Assembly: GCA_037481835.1 (NCBI GenBank)
Contig: JBBFKW010000018.1
Span: 49,322 to 106,112, forward strand
Direction: 5' to 3'
Length of the DNA stretch: 56,791 bases
DNA from: Desulfosoma sp.
Lineage (GTDB): Bacteria > Desulfobacterota > Syntrophobacteria > Syntrophobacterales > DSM-9756
The notes below the pieces were generated by a model. That model was given only the letters and a program-made list of their open reading frames with translations, ran no database searches and had not been told where the DNA came from. Shown here piece by piece: positions 40,433 through 52,455 of the stretch. Each line of letters opens with the position of its first letter. Position 1 is the first letter of the stretch. The position numbers and the translations under genes are program-made.

Positions 40433-40717
40433 TTACTTGGACTTGGACGCCCGCTTGGATGCTTTCAGCGGGTTGATCTTCACCTGCTGCGTGGTCAGGG
40501 GCGCTTTCACATGGGTTGCGAAATTGCAATGGCCCGTTTTCCACTTGATGCCCGGATTGGGATAGCTGGCGCAAAAACGCCCCGCCGGGACCTCGACGAT
40601 CCGCTGGCATCCTTCGCACTGCTCCACCACCTGATGGCAAGAACCCCCATTGTACCCACAGCCGGCTTTGGTCATGAAGGCGCAGTCCGTGCCCGCCTTC
40701 ACCGTTTGACAAATCAT
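40433..40717 (-). CDS. PxxKW-family cysteine-rich small protein
   Basis: 8 Cys, YPNPGIKW, CNFATHVK, KINPLKASKR; GGAGGTGA SD. Confidence 0.85.
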   Translation of the reverse strand: MICQTVKAGTDCAFMTKAGCGYNGGSCHQVVEQCEGCQRIVEVPAGRFCASYPNPGIKWKTGHCNFATHVKAPLTTQQVKINPLKASKRASKSK

Positions 40718-40766
40718 GGCGATCACCTCCGTTTTCTTCTTGTGATGTCCCCCGAAAATCGGCGTA

Positions 40767-40794
40767 ATACTACTCACGAAATCTTGGCTGTCAA
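40767..40794 (-). promoter_or_regulatory. Putative sigma70 promoter of the PxxKW gene
   Basis: Minus strand TTGACA-16 nt-TAGTAT. Confidence 0.55.
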
Positions 40795-41007
40795 GTCCGA
40801 TCCCGCTGAAATTTTTGAGCAGGGGAAAACTTTTTGCAGTGACCAAAGAGATATCCAACCCATTGGCTTTTATTGATTTTCTGAACGGTTCCGGGCGAAG
40901 GGCTGGGACAGCGCCGAAAAGATGTTAAAGTTTTTTTCAAAAGGGGCGATTTTCTCAGAGAGACCTTTGGAGATGGCAGGCGCGCAGGTGCGGATAAACG
41001 AACGCCT

Positions 41008-42759
41008 ATGATGACAGCGATGGATCAGCAGGGCAAAGGGGCCGATCGGCCTTCGCTCAAGCGGAACAAAATCGGGCAGCTCCTCCTCGAAGCGGGGTTG
41101 ATTGCGCCGAACGACCTGGAGCGCGCTCTGCAAGAGCAGAGCCGCAACGGGGATCGCTTGGGGACCATTCTCATTCGGCAGGGCATTATCGAAGAAAGGG
41201 TCCTCACCGAATTTCTGGCCAAGCAGTTTCGCGTGCCCACAGTTAATCCCGTGCGCCTTTCCGTGTCCAAGGACGCCCTGAAGATCGTCTCGCCGCAGGT
41301 CATGATCAAGTACCAGGTGTTTCCCTTGGGGCTCTCGGGAGCCACCCTGCACGTGGCCATATCCGATCCCGGCAATCTCTTCGCCATCGACGACATTCGA
41401 TTCATCACCCAAAAGAACATCCGCGTCCACGTCGCCCCGGAAAGCCTCATTAAGAAAGCCATCGAACAGGTCCACACCGCGGGCTCCGACGAAAGCCTGG
41501 AAGCCGTCATGGGCATGATCCGCGAAGAAGCGGATGTGGACGTGGTGGAAAGTTCCCAGGAAATCGACCTGGCCCATCTGGAAAACGCCGCCGGCGAAGC
41601 CCCCGTCGTCAAACTCGTCAACCTCATCCTCTTGGATGCCATCCGCAAGAAGGCAAGTGACATCCACGTGGAATGTTACGAGAAAGTCATGAGGGTGCGT
41701 TACCGCATCGACGGGCTTCTTTACGAAGTCATGCGGCCGCCCTATCAGCTGCGAAACGCCATCATTTCACGGCTCAAGATCATGAGCCGCCTGGACATTG
41801 CGGAACGGCGCCTTCCTCAAGACGGCCGCATCAAGCTCAAGAGCAAGAACGGCGAGATGGAATTCCGCGTCTCCGTTCTTCCCACCCTTTTCGGGGAAAA
41901 GGTCGTCCTGCGCCTTCTGGACAAATCCAACCTTCAGCTGGACATGACCAAGCTGGGATTCGAACCCAAGCAGCTGGACCTCTTCCGCGAAGCCATCTAT
42001 CGGCCCTACGGGATGGTGTTGGTCACCGGCCCTACGGGAAGCGGCAAGACGACCACCCTCTACAGCGCCCTTTCCGAACTGAACAAGATCAGCCACAACA
42101 TTTCCACGGCGGAAGACCCCGTGGAATTCAGCCTGCCGGGGATCAATCAGGTTCAGGTTCATGAAGCCATCGGATTGACTTTCGCGGCGGCGCTGCGCTC
42201 TTTCCTGCGCCAGGACCCGGACATCATCATGGTGGGCGAAATCCGCGACTTCGAAACGGCGGAAACGGCCATCAAGGCGGCGCTCACGGGGCACCTGGTC
42301 CTCAGCACCCTGCATACCAACGATGCCCCCAGCACCGTCAACCGCCTGCTCAACATGGGCATCGAGCCGTTCCTCGTGGCTTCCGCCGTCAATTTGGTGC
42401 TCGCCCAAAGGCTCGCCCGACGCGTGTGTCCCGAGTGCCGCGTCGCCGAGGACGTGCCGCCGGAGGCCCTGGTCGATTTAGGGGTTCGCGAAGAGGATGT
42501 GGGCACGTTCGTGTGCTACCGTGGTCGCGGCTGCCCGGCGTGTTCCAATACGGGCTATCGCGGCCGGATCGCCCTTTACGAAGTGATGGCCATGACGGAT
42601 GAAATCCGGGATTTAGTCCTGGTGGGAGCCTCGGCTGCGGAGATCAAGCGGGAAGCCATCCGCTTGGGGATGCTCACCCTGCGTCAAAGCGCCATCAATA
42701 AGCTCAAGGAAGGAATCACCTCCGTTGAAGAAGTGATCCGCGCGACGGTCAGAGACTAG
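41008..42759 (+). CDS. pilB: Type IV pilus assembly ATPase with an MshEN (c-di-GMP-binding) N-domain
   Basis: KIGQLL..AGLI/RLGTILIRQGII MshEN repeats, ASDIH, GPTGSGKTTT, LRQDPDIIMVGEIRD, CPEC/CPAC. Confidence 0.96.
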   Translation: MMTAMDQQGKGADRPSLKRNKIGQLLLEAGLIAPNDLERALQEQSRNGDRLGTILIRQGIIEERVLTEFLAKQFRVPTVNPVRLSVSKDALKIVSPQVMIKYQVFPLGLSGATLHVAISDPGNLFAIDDIRFITQKNIRVHVAPESLIKKAIEQVHTAGSDESLEAVMGMIREEADVDVVESSQEIDLAHLENAAGEAPVVKLVNLILLDAIRKKASDIHVECYEKVMRVRYRIDGLLYEVMRPPYQLRNAIISRLKIMSRLDIAERRLPQDGRIKLKSKNGEMEFRVSVLPTLFGEKVVLRLLDKSNLQLDMTKLGFEPKQLDLFREAIYRPYGMVLVTGPTGSGKTTTLYSALSELNKISHNISTAEDPVEFSLPGINQVQVHEAIGLTFAAALRSFLRQDPDIIMVGEIRDFETAETAIKAALTGHLVLSTLHTNDAPSTVNRLLNMGIEPFLVASAVNLVLAQRLARRVCPECRVAEDVPPEALVDLGVREEDVGTFVCYRGRGCPACSNTGYRGRIALYEVMAMTDEIRDLVLVGASAAEIKREAIRLGMLTLRQSAINKLKEGITSVEEVIRATVRD

Positions 42760-42769
42760 GGAGTCCGCC

Positions 42770-43987
42770 ATGCCGGAATTCGTGTGGAAGGGGATCAATC
42801 GCAAGGGGCAGAAGGTTCACGGCGAAATCGACGCCGACAATATCACCATCGCGCGGCAGATTCTCGAACGCCAGGGCCTTTCCCTCAAATCCCTCAAGCC
42901 CAAGCCCAAGGATATCCTTGAATACATTCCCGTCCTTCAGGAAAAGGTCAAGGAAAAGGACCTGGTGCTCTTCACGCGCCAGTTTTCCACCATGATCGAT
43001 GCGGGGCTGCCCATTATCCAATGTTTGGAAATCCTTCGGGACCAGACGGAAAACAAGGCGTTTCGCAAGGTCCTGCGCGTCCTCAAGAAGGACGTGGAAG
43101 AGGGGGCCACCTTTTCCGAGGCGCTGCGAAAGCACCCCAAGGTATTCGATCAGCTCTTCGTCAACCTGGTGGCGGCGGGAGAAGCGGGAGGCATCCTGGA
43201 CGTGACCTTGACGCGCCTTGCGGCCTACCTGGAAAAGGTCGCTTCGCTGAAGAAAAAGGTCAAAGGCGCCATGACCTATCCGGCCATAGTGGTGGCCATC
43301 GCCGTGATCGTCATCATGGTCATCCTCATCTACGTGATCCCCGTCTTTGCCGGGCTGTTCCGAGACGCCGGCGTGGCTTTGCCCGCGCTGACCATGCTGG
43401 TCCTTTCCGTCAGCGACTTCACCAAAAATTATTTTCACTGGCTGATCCTGGGGGCCGTCGCCCTTGCCGCCCTGTTCCGGCGGTTTCGCAAGACCCCGCG
43501 GGGCCGTGAACTCACCGACCGGATTTTTCTCAAGGTGCCCGTTTTCGGCATCCTGCTCAAAAAGGTGGCTCTGGCACGGGTCACCCGCACCCTGGGCACC
43601 ATGCTGGGAAGCGGTGTGCCCATCTTGGAAAGTATGGAACTGGTGGCGGCCACGGCGGGAAACACGGTCGTGGAAAAAGCCATCCGTGACGCCCAGCAGG
43701 CCGTCTCCCAAGGAAAAACCCTCGCCGAACCCTTGGAGCAAAGCGGTGTTTTTCCGCCCATGGTCGTCCACATGGTCTCCGTCGGGGAAGCCACGGGGGC
43801 CCTGGACAGCATGTTGTCCAAGGTGGCCGACTTTTACGACGAGGAAGTGGATGCCACCGTGGAAGCGCTGACGTCGCTCCTGGAACCCATGCTCATCGTG
43901 TTTTTGGGCGTCACCATCGGGGGGCTCCTGGTGGCCATGTACATGCCCATCTTCCAGCTGGCCGACGTGGTCTCCCGAGGATCCTGA
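42770..43987 (+). CDS. pilC: Type IV pilus platform protein
   Basis: FTRQFSTMIDAGLP, AGEAGGILD, AMTYP, GEATGALDSML, LLEP, MYMPIF. Confidence 0.96.
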   Translation: MPEFVWKGINRKGQKVHGEIDADNITIARQILERQGLSLKSLKPKPKDILEYIPVLQEKVKEKDLVLFTRQFSTMIDAGLPIIQCLEILRDQTENKAFRKVLRVLKKDVEEGATFSEALRKHPKVFDQLFVNLVAAGEAGGILDVTLTRLAAYLEKVASLKKKVKGAMTYPAIVVAIAVIVIMVILIYVIPVFAGLFRDAGVALPALTMLVLSVSDFTKNYFHWLILGAVALAALFRRFRKTPRGRELTDRIFLKVPVFGILLKKVALARVTRTLGTMLGSGVPILESMELVAATAGNTVVEKAIRDAQQAVSQGKTLAEPLEQSGVFPPMVVHMVSVGEATGALDSMLSKVADFYDEEVDATVEALTSLLEPMLIVFLGVTIGGLLVAMYMPIFQLADVVSRGS

Positions 43988-44019
43988 AAGCCTCGCCGGA
44001 GCTGACCGGGAAAGCATGC

Positions 44020-45816
44020 ATGAACGGCGAAGCCTCGGCCTTCCAACGCAAGGTCCACACCCACCTGGTTTTGAGGCTCCTTGCAGCGGTGTTCATCCTT
44101 GCGGTGACCTTTCTTTTCCAGCTGCGCCTGGCCCGGGACATTTCGGAGCCGGTCCTCTATCCGCTCTATGTTTACGCAGCGGTGCTCTTTTCCGTCACGC
44201 TCCTGAGCGCTTCGGTTCTTAGAGTCATTCGCCACCATGAGCTTTTCGCGGCCGCCCAGTTCATTTTCGACGTTCTTGCCGTCACCTTTCTCATCTATCT
44301 GACAGGCGGTGTGGCCAGCCCCTTCGCCTTCCTTTACATGGCCGTGATCATCGCGGCGGCGGTTCTGTTCCAGCGCCGTGGGAGCGTCCTTGCCGCCGCG
44401 GCGTGCACCATCGCCTACGGAGCCCTCTTGGACCTGCAGTACTTCGGGTGGGTGCACCCCGTTCCTTTCATGGGACGCTCGGTTTCTTCCGGTTCGAGCG
44501 GCCTCTATTTTTACACCCTTGCGGTGAGCACGGCGGCCTTTTTCCTCGTGGCCTGCATCAGTGGCTACCTGGCGGCGGAACTGGAAAAATCCGCAAAGCT
44601 TTCGGCGAAAAAGTCCCGCGACCTCAAAAGGCTTGAATCGTTCTACCGCTGGTTGGTGGAAAGCCTGGGAGCCGGCCTCATCACGGCGGACGCTCAAGGG
44701 AGAATCACCTACGCCAACCAGGCGGCTCGGGAACTCTTGGGCGCCGGAGCCGAAAGCCTGGAAGGCCTCCCCGTGGCCCACTGGCTTCCCGGCCTGGAAG
44801 GACATGCCTTGGAGATCCAACCGGAAAAGCCGGGACTTCCGGTATCTACGGAATTCCTCACTCCCGGGACGACCGAGGCGCCGGATCCGATGAACTCTCC
44901 GGAAGAGGACTCCAGGGACGGGCGCCGAATCACAGGCCCGGCGGTGCGGGAGATCACCTACGAAGCCCCCGGGGGAGAGAAAAAATCTTTTGTCGTCACC
45001 GTCTCGCCGATGGAGCCTCTTTCGGACGGGCCCGAAGGGCCCGTGAGCGTCCTCGTGTTTCAGGATCAGACCCTGCTCAAGGCGCTCGAGGAACGCATGA
45101 AGCGCTTGGAACAGTTGGCCTTCGCCGGAAAGATGGCCGGGGAAATCGTCCACGACATCAAGAATCCTCTGGCGGCCATAAGCGGCGTCGTCCAAATGAT
45201 GGAAACCCAGTGGGAAGGAGACGACCTCTCGCGGCGCCTCCGGGATATCCTGGTTCGGGAAATCGACCGACTGAACGCCTTGGTCGGTCGCTTTCTCTGG
45301 ATCGCAAGAGAAGGGAAGGGAAAGGAGCGCCCCGAAGCCGTCGTCGTCTCGGAAACGATCCGGCAGGTCCTGGACGCCCTCACCCTGGGCAAGATCCTCA
45401 CGGCCCAGCACCGCGTCCATACGGATGTTCCGGAAAAGCTCACCGTCTCCCTCGTGCCGCGTCACCTTTTCCAGATCCTCTGGCACCTCATCGCCAACGC
45501 CGCGGAAGCGTCCCCCGAAGGCGCCGTCATCCACATCGCCGCTCGGGAACAGGACCTCCATGACGGCCGCCCCGGGACCGTCCTAAAGGTTTCGGACAGC
45601 GGCCCTGGCATTCCCAACGACCTTGCCAAGAAAATCTTCGATCCCCTCTTTACCACCAAAGAAGGCCACCTGGGCTTGGGCCTCAGCCTGGTGTGCCGCC
45701 TCGTGGAAGAGGCCGGCGGCGACATCAGCGTCGGCTCGTCCCCAGGCTTTCCCACCTGCGTGCGACTCTTTTTCCCTCGCGCCTCATTTTCCTCTTGCCA
45801 AGAGAAAACCGCGTGA
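44020..45816 (+). CDS. pilS: PilS-like sensor histidine kinase
   Basis: Multi-TM N-terminus (LIYLTGGVASPFAFLY), PAS, H-box VHDIKNPL, N/G1/F/G2 boxes; follows pilC. Confidence 0.88.
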   Translation: MNGEASAFQRKVHTHLVLRLLAAVFILAVTFLFQLRLARDISEPVLYPLYVYAAVLFSVTLLSASVLRVIRHHELFAAAQFIFDVLAVTFLIYLTGGVASPFAFLYMAVIIAAAVLFQRRGSVLAAAACTIAYGALLDLQYFGWVHPVPFMGRSVSSGSSGLYFYTLAVSTAAFFLVACISGYLAAELEKSAKLSAKKSRDLKRLESFYRWLVESLGAGLITADAQGRITYANQAARELLGAGAESLEGLPVAHWLPGLEGHALEIQPEKPGLPVSTEFLTPGTTEAPDPMNSPEEDSRDGRRITGPAVREITYEAPGGEKKSFVVTVSPMEPLSDGPEGPVSVLVFQDQTLLKALEERMKRLEQLAFAGKMAGEIVHDIKNPLAAISGVVQMMETQWEGDDLSRRLRDILVREIDRLNALVGRFLWIAREGKGKERPEAVVVSETIRQVLDALTLGKILTAQHRVHTDVPEKLTVSLVPRHLFQILWHLIANAAEASPEGAVIHIAAREQDLHDGRPGTVLKVSDSGPGIPNDLAKKIFDPLFTTKEGHLGLGLSLVCRLVEEAGGDISVGSSPGFPTCVRLFFPRASFSSCQEKTA

Positions 45817-45823
45817 TTATATA
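45795..45823 (+). promoter_or_regulatory. sigma70 promoter of groESL, overlapping the 3' end of pilS
   Basis: TTGCCA-17 nt-TATATA directly before the CIRCE element. Confidence 0.65.
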
Positions 45824-45847
45824 GCACTCGTTTTCGATGAGTGCTAA
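45821..45847 (+). promoter_or_regulatory. CIRCE element (HrcA operator)
   Basis: ATAGCACTC-N9-GAGTGCTAA, one mismatch to TTAGCACTC-N9-GAGTGCTAA. Confidence 0.95.
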
Positions 45848-45905
45848 TAAGGCCTCGGCTTGATCGCTCAAAAAATCCTCGACGTGCAAGGAAAGGAGAA
45901 GCTGT

Positions 45906-46196
45906 ATGAAGCTCAGACCGCTCAACGATCGTGTGGTGATCAAAAGGATTGAAGAAGAAGAACGCACGGCCGGCGGGATCATCATTCCCGATACGGCCAA
46001 GGAAAAGCCCATCCAGGGCGAAGTCATCGCCGTGGGCAACGGCAAGCTCTTGGAAGACGGCACCCGCCGGCCCTTGGACGTCAAGGCGGGCGATCGGGTC
46101 TTGTTCAGCAAGTATGCCGGCACGGACGTCAAGGTGGAAGGCGAAGACCTGCTCATCATGCGCGAAGACGACATTTTGGCCATCATTGAAAAGTAA
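45906..46196 (+). CDS. groES: Co-chaperonin GroES
   Basis: [33 protein letters not shown]. Confidence 0.98.
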   Translation: MKLRPLNDRVVIKRIEEEERTAGGIIIPDTAKEKPIQGEVIAVGNGKLLEDGTRRPLDVKAGDRVLFSKYAGTDVKVEGEDLLIMREDDILAIIEK

Positions 46197-47849
<1,653 letters not shown>

Positions 47850-47899
47850 GAGCAAGGGCTTCGGGGAGAACCTCAGCCTCGCAAGCGAATGGAATTTCG

Positions 47900-47933
47900 C
47901 GGGCCTTCCCTCGCCGGGAAGGCCCGTTTTTTT
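47900..47933 (+). terminator. Rho-independent terminator after groEL
   Basis: CGGGCCTTCCC-TCGCC-GGGAAGGCCCG followed by T7. Confidence 0.9.
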
Positions 47934-48154
47934 GTGCTCCGCTCAAGCCTTCTTGTCTCGGAACCCTGTTTCCCTTGTCGGCACGCCACCAGGGGAAAGC
48001 CCCCTTCGTGGGGCCCTCCTTGTGCGCGAAAAAAATTCCTGAGCATGGCGAATCAGTGCTGCGGCGGTTCGTGAATCAGGTGAAAAAGTTACGATTCCTG
48101 AGAAAGGCATCTTGACTTGCATCCGCGCTGTGCTAGAAGTCTAGGTTCTTCGGT

Positions 48155-48580
48155 CCCCTTTGCCTCTGTGGGGGAAGACAAAATGTTTTCGCTTTTTCCT
48201 TAAACTCAATGGGGGATAGAAGGGTTTTAAATCTTCCATCCCGTGGGGGAGACCATCATGAACCTTTCCCTCTCCCCTGTGGCGGGCGCCAATAATTAAG
48301 CTTTTTTTCTCCCCTGTGGGGGGAGCCGAGAATTAAGGTCTCCCTCCCCCCTCAGTGGCGAGAGGCAAGAATCGAGGTTTCCCTCTCCCCATCGTGGGGG
48401 AAGAGACGAAAAAATAAACATTCCATCTCTCCTCTTCTGGGGGAGACCAAAATTAAACTTTCCTTCTCCCCTTTTTGGGGGAAGACGAAAATTAAACATC
48501 TCCTCTCCCCCCTCTGGGGAGAGCCGAAGATTAAACTTTCCCTCTCCCCCCTCTGGGGGGAGAGGGCAGGGTGAGGGGGG
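48155..48580. repeat. Degenerate ~39-bp tandem hairpin array ending in a complete BoxC-like element
   Basis: Unit anchors (ATTAAAC-like) at 48226, 48258, 48295, 48332, 48371, 48413, 48452, 48491 and 48530; each unit CCCTCTCCCC..TGGGGGAGA; full element at 48540-48580. Confidence 0.9.
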
Positions 48581-48594
48581 TTGAGAGAAAGGCG

Positions 48595-51384
48595 ATGGAT
48601 TACAAAAGCACGCTGAATCTTCCCAAGACCGATTTCCCCATGAAGGCCAATCTCACGCAGCGCGAACCCGAGCTGCTCGCCAAATGGGACCGCATGGACC
48701 TCTACCGGAAACTCCGTGAAGCCGCCTCAGGTCGCACGCCCTACATCCTCCATGACGGCCCTCCCTACGCCAACGGCCACATCCATTTGGGCACGGCCCT
48801 CAACAAGATCCTCAAGGACATGATCGTCAAGAGCCGCCAGATGAGCGGCTTTGACGCGGTCTATGTGCCGGGTTGGGACTGCCACGGCCTTCCCATCGAG
48901 CACCAGGTGGACAAGGAACTGGGCCCCAGGAAAAAAGCCATGAGCCAAGGAGAAATCCGGCGGCACTGTCGGGCCTACGCCGAAAAGTTCATCGACATCC
49001 AGCGGCGGGAATTCAAGCGTCTGGGTGTTCTCGGCGAATGGGACAATCCTTACCTCACCATGTCCTACGATTACGAAGCGACCATTGCCCGGGAACTGGG
49101 ACGCTTTTTCGAACGCGGGAGCGTCATCCGCAGCAAGAAGCCCATCTACTGGTGCTGCAGCTGCCGCACCGCCTTGGCGGAAGCCGAGGTGGAATACCAC
49201 GACCATGTGTCCCCGTCCATTTACGTGAAATTTCCCCTGAGCGACGAAAGCCGGGCCGCCTTCAAGGAATTCAAGGAAGATCCGGTCTTCGTGCTCATCT
49301 GGACGACAACCCCGTGGACCTTGCCGGCCAACCTGGCCGTCGCGCTCCATCCCGACTTCGACTATGCGGCCGTGCGCGTAGGGGGCGAAATCTGGATTCT
49401 TGCCGAAGGGCTGTTGGAAAGCTGCATGAAGGCCTTCGGGGTCGAAGGCTATGAAAAGGTGCGCACCCTTTCCAGCCGGGAACTGGAAGGGCTCTCGTGC
49501 CGCCATCCCTTCATCGACAGGGCGTCACGCATCGTGCTGGGGTCCCATGTGACGTTGGATGCCGGGACGGGCTGCGTTCATACGGCGCCGGGCCACGGCC
49601 GGGAAGACTACGACATGGCCTTGGAATACGGATTGGATGTGTATTCCCCCGTGGACGACGACGGCTGTTTTACCGCCGATGTGCCTTTCTTCGCGGGTCA
49701 ATTCGTCTTCCATGCGAACACGGCCGTCAATGAAAAGCTCCGGGAACTGGGAAGGCTCATCCTCGAAACGGACATTTCCCACAGCTACCCGCACTGCTGG
49801 CGCTGCAAGAAACCCGTCATCTTCCGGGCGACGGAACAGTGGTTCATTTCCATGGAAGCAAACGACCTTCGCAAAAAGGCGCTCCGGGCCATCGATGAAG
49901 TCCAATGGGTGCCGTCCTGGGGTCGGGACCGCATCTACCAGATGATCGAAAACCGGCCCGACTGGTGTATTTCCCGGCAGCGCTCCTGGGGGGTGCCCAT
50001 TACGGTGTTCAAGTGCCGAAAGTGCGGCCAGGTGTTGGCCTCTCGGGAGGTCTTCGACAAGGTCACGGCTCTTTTTGAAAAGGAAGGCGCCGATTGCTGG
50101 TTCGAGCGGGATGCGAAGGATTTAATGCCCGACGGGGCCGTATGCGGGGGATGCGGCGCGCAGGATTTTGAAAAGGAAATGGACATCCTGGATGTGTGGT
50201 TCGATTCCGGGGTATCCCATGCGGCGGTCCTGGAACGGCGGCCGTATCTACGGTCCCCCGCCGATCTGTACCTGGAGGGAAGCGACCAGCATCGCGGGTG
50301 GTTTCACTCATCCCTCCTGGCGTCCGTGGGAACGCGCGATCGAGCCCCCTACAAGGCGGTGCTCACCCATGGGTTCGTGGTGGACGGCCAAGGCTACAAG
50401 ATGTCCAAGTCCCTGGGAAACGTCATCGCTCCCGAGGAAATCATCAAGCAATACGGCGCGGAAATCCTGAGGCTCTGGGTTTCCGCCGAAGACTACCGGG
50501 ACGATATCCGCATTTCCCAGGATATCCTGAAGCGGCTCAGTGAGGCTTACCGGCGCATCCGAAACACATGGCGGTTTCTCCTGGGGAACCTCCATGATTT
50601 CGACCCGGCCCGACACATGGTGCCCGTGGAGCGCATGCCCGAACTGGACCGCTACGCCCTGCATACCCTGCAGAAAATCATTGAAAGGGTGCGGCGGGCC
50701 TACGACCGGTTCGAGTTCCACCGCGTCTATCATGCGGTCCACAACTACTGCACGGTGGACCTCAGCGCTTTTTACCTGGACATCCTCAAGGATCGGCTCT
50801 ACACGGCCCCGCCGGAAAGTGAGGAACGCCGATCGGCCCAAACCGTCTTCTATAGGATCCTCACGGCTTTATTAAAGCTCATGGCGCCCATCCTGTCCTT
50901 TACGGCGGAAGAGGCCTGGGCCCATCTTCCCGGGGATCACGGCGATTCGGTGCACCTGGAACCGTTCCCCGAACTGGATGAGAGCCTTGTGGACGAGGCT
51001 CTGGATGCGCGCTGGGAGAAAATTTCAAGGATTCGTGCCGATGTCAGCCGCGCTTTGGAAGCGGCCCGGCAGGCCAAAACCATCGGCCATCCTTTGGACG
51101 CCTGCGTGCGGTTGGCTTTGCCCGAGGCCTGGAAGGATGAGTTTTCCGAAGACGCCGAACTGTTCCGGACGGTTTTTATTGTGTCCCAGGTGATTCTGGA
51201 AGACGGCGCCCCTTCGCCGGACGCCGTGGACGGCCAGGACGTTCCCGGGCTCAAGGTTGTCGTGGAACGCGCGTTCGGGCACAAGTGCGAACGGTGCTGG
51301 GTCCTTTCGGACACCGTGGGGGCTTTTTCCGACCATCCCACGGTCTGCCGCCGCTGCCGCGCCGCTCTGGCCGCCATGGCGTAA
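48595..51384 (+). CDS. ileS: Isoleucine--tRNA ligase (type 1)
   Basis: [41 protein letters not shown]-terminal CERC..CRRC. Confidence 0.98.
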   Translation: MDYKSTLNLPKTDFPMKANLTQREPELLAKWDRMDLYRKLREAASGRTPYILHDGPPYANGHIHLGTALNKILKDMIVKSRQMSGFDAVYVPGWDCHGLPIEHQVDKELGPRKKAMSQGEIRRHCRAYAEKFIDIQRREFKRLGVLGEWDNPYLTMSYDYEATIARELGRFFERGSVIRSKKPIYWCCSCRTALAEAEVEYHDHVSPSIYVKFPLSDESRAAFKEFKEDPVFVLIWTTTPWTLPANLAVALHPDFDYAAVRVGGEIWILAEGLLESCMKAFGVEGYEKVRTLSSRELEGLSCRHPFIDRASRIVLGSHVTLDAGTGCVHTAPGHGREDYDMALEYGLDVYSPVDDDGCFTADVPFFAGQFVFHANTAVNEKLRELGRLILETDISHSYPHCWRCKKPVIFRATEQWFISMEANDLRKKALRAIDEVQWVPSWGRDRIYQMIENRPDWCISRQRSWGVPITVFKCRKCGQVLASREVFDKVTALFEKEGADCWFERDAKDLMPDGAVCGGCGAQDFEKEMDILDVWFDSGVSHAAVLERRPYLRSPADLYLEGSDQHRGWFHSSLLASVGTRDRAPYKAVLTHGFVVDGQGYKMSKSLGNVIAPEEIIKQYGAEILRLWVSAEDYRDDIRISQDILKRLSEAYRRIRNTWRFLLGNLHDFDPARHMVPVERMPELDRYALHTLQKIIERVRRAYDRFEFHRVYHAVHNYCTVDLSAFYLDILKDRLYTAPPESEERRSAQTVFYRILTALLKLMAPILSFTAEEAWAHLPGDHGDSVHLEPFPELDESLVDEALDARWEKISRIRADVSRALEAARQAKTIGHPLDACVRLALPEAWKDEFSEDAELFRTVFIVSQVILEDGAPSPDAVDGQDVPGLKVVVERAFGHKCERCWVLSDTVGAFSDHPTVCRRCRAALAAMA

Positions 51385-51447
51385 CCCCGTGGCGGCGGCC
51401 CAACCCGCCCCCATGGCCCTGAGGATGGCATACTGTAGGTTGGGTGC

Positions 51448-51479
51448 GTAGGTTGGGGTGAGTGAAGCGAACCCCAACA
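51448..51479 (+). repeat. GTAG-type REP copy 4, preceded by a partial GTAGGTTGGG at 51435-51444
   Basis: GTAGGTTGGGGTGAGTGAAGCGAACCCCAACA. Confidence 0.9.
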
Positions 51480-51664
51480 CCAACCCCCAACGCCAACCCG
51501 CCCCCAAGCCTAGCAATCCCAAGACCCCTTTCGGGGCGGGATCATGACATCCTTAAAAATCCCCGGGGCGCCGGCGGGGCCGTTGAGGAAAAAACTGGAG
51601 ACCCGAACGCGCATCCCGCCAATGCCCAAGGGTTCCAAGCCGACGTGGAAACCGAGAACCCATC

Positions 51665-52201
51665 ATGACGGTTGAAAAACCCGCCGCTGAAAATCCTGTC
51701 CCCGACCGATCGAACCCTTTCATGCTGCTCTGTGTGGTCGTCCTGGCCGTGCTCGCCCTGGATCTGGCCACCAAAGCCTGGGTTCTTCGAACCCTTCCCC
51801 TCTACACCCAAAAGGAAATCATCCCGGGGTTTTTCAATCTCGTCCATGTGCGAAACACGGGGGTGGCGTTCAGCTTTTTTGCGGGAACCGACAGCCCGTG
51901 GCGCGTCCACATCCTGGTCGCTTTGACACTAGCGGCGCTTGGGGTGATTTTTTTTCTCTATCGGGAATGCCGGCGGGAAGAAAAGGCCAAGCGTTTCGCG
52001 CTCGGTCTCATTGCCGGAGGGGCTTTAGGCAATCTGGCGGACCGGCTGCGGTTTGGAAACGTGGTGGATTTTCTCGACTTTTACATCGGCCCCTACCACT
52101 GGCCCGCCTTCAACGTGGCGGATGTGGCCGTGACGGTCGGTGCCGCTCTGCTTCTCGTCGCCGTGCTTCGCGGGGAAAAAGATCATCCGCACCGTTCTTG
52201 A
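51665..52201 (+). CDS. lspA: Lipoprotein signal peptidase
   Basis: DLATK, VRNTGVAFS, GGALGNLADR, VVDFL, WPAFNVAD. Confidence 0.96.
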   Translation: MTVEKPAAENPVPDRSNPFMLLCVVVLAVLALDLATKAWVLRTLPLYTQKEIIPGFFNLVHVRNTGVAFSFFAGTDSPWRVHILVALTLAALGVIFFLYRECRREEKAKRFALGLIAGGALGNLADRLRFGNVVDFLDFYIGPYHWPAFNVADVAVTVGAALLLVAVLRGEKDHPHRS

Positions 52202-52455
52202 TTCCGGCTCTGGGAAAAGGTGGGCGTTCTAGTTCCGTCCGTCGTTGTGACACCGCGATATGCGACCGGATCCCCAACCCAGACCTAAATCCGGCGAGAC
52301 AACGAACCATAAAAGTCCTGCTCTTCCGAAAGGCTGCGGCCACTGAATAGCGTCCTTCGCCCGCCCCCATGCCTTCGGCTGCGCCCTACGCCTCCTTCGG
52401 GAGTCGTCACAGGACACCGGCCGACATATTTTTGCCCAAAGGGCACTCCGTTGCC

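Noticed and set aside
44810..44945. Pro/Glu-rich insertion in the PilS PAS domain as an intein or mobile insert
   Set aside because: It is short, lacks intein terminal residues and flanking repeats, and is most likely a variable loop.
48296..48499. 67-aa minus-strand ORF with 13-aa repeats
   Set aside because: It is a by-product of the 39-bp period, with no supporting coding context.
48155..48580. Possible CRISPR array or T-box leader of ileS
   Set aside because: There is no constant repeat with unique spacers, and I could not find a T-box motif (TGGNACCGCG) or terminator/antiterminator.
52355..52392. Possible second GTAG-REP type (minus strand GTAGGGCGCAGCCGAAGGC)
   Set aside because: Single copy with an incomplete stem; cannot be supported from this window.
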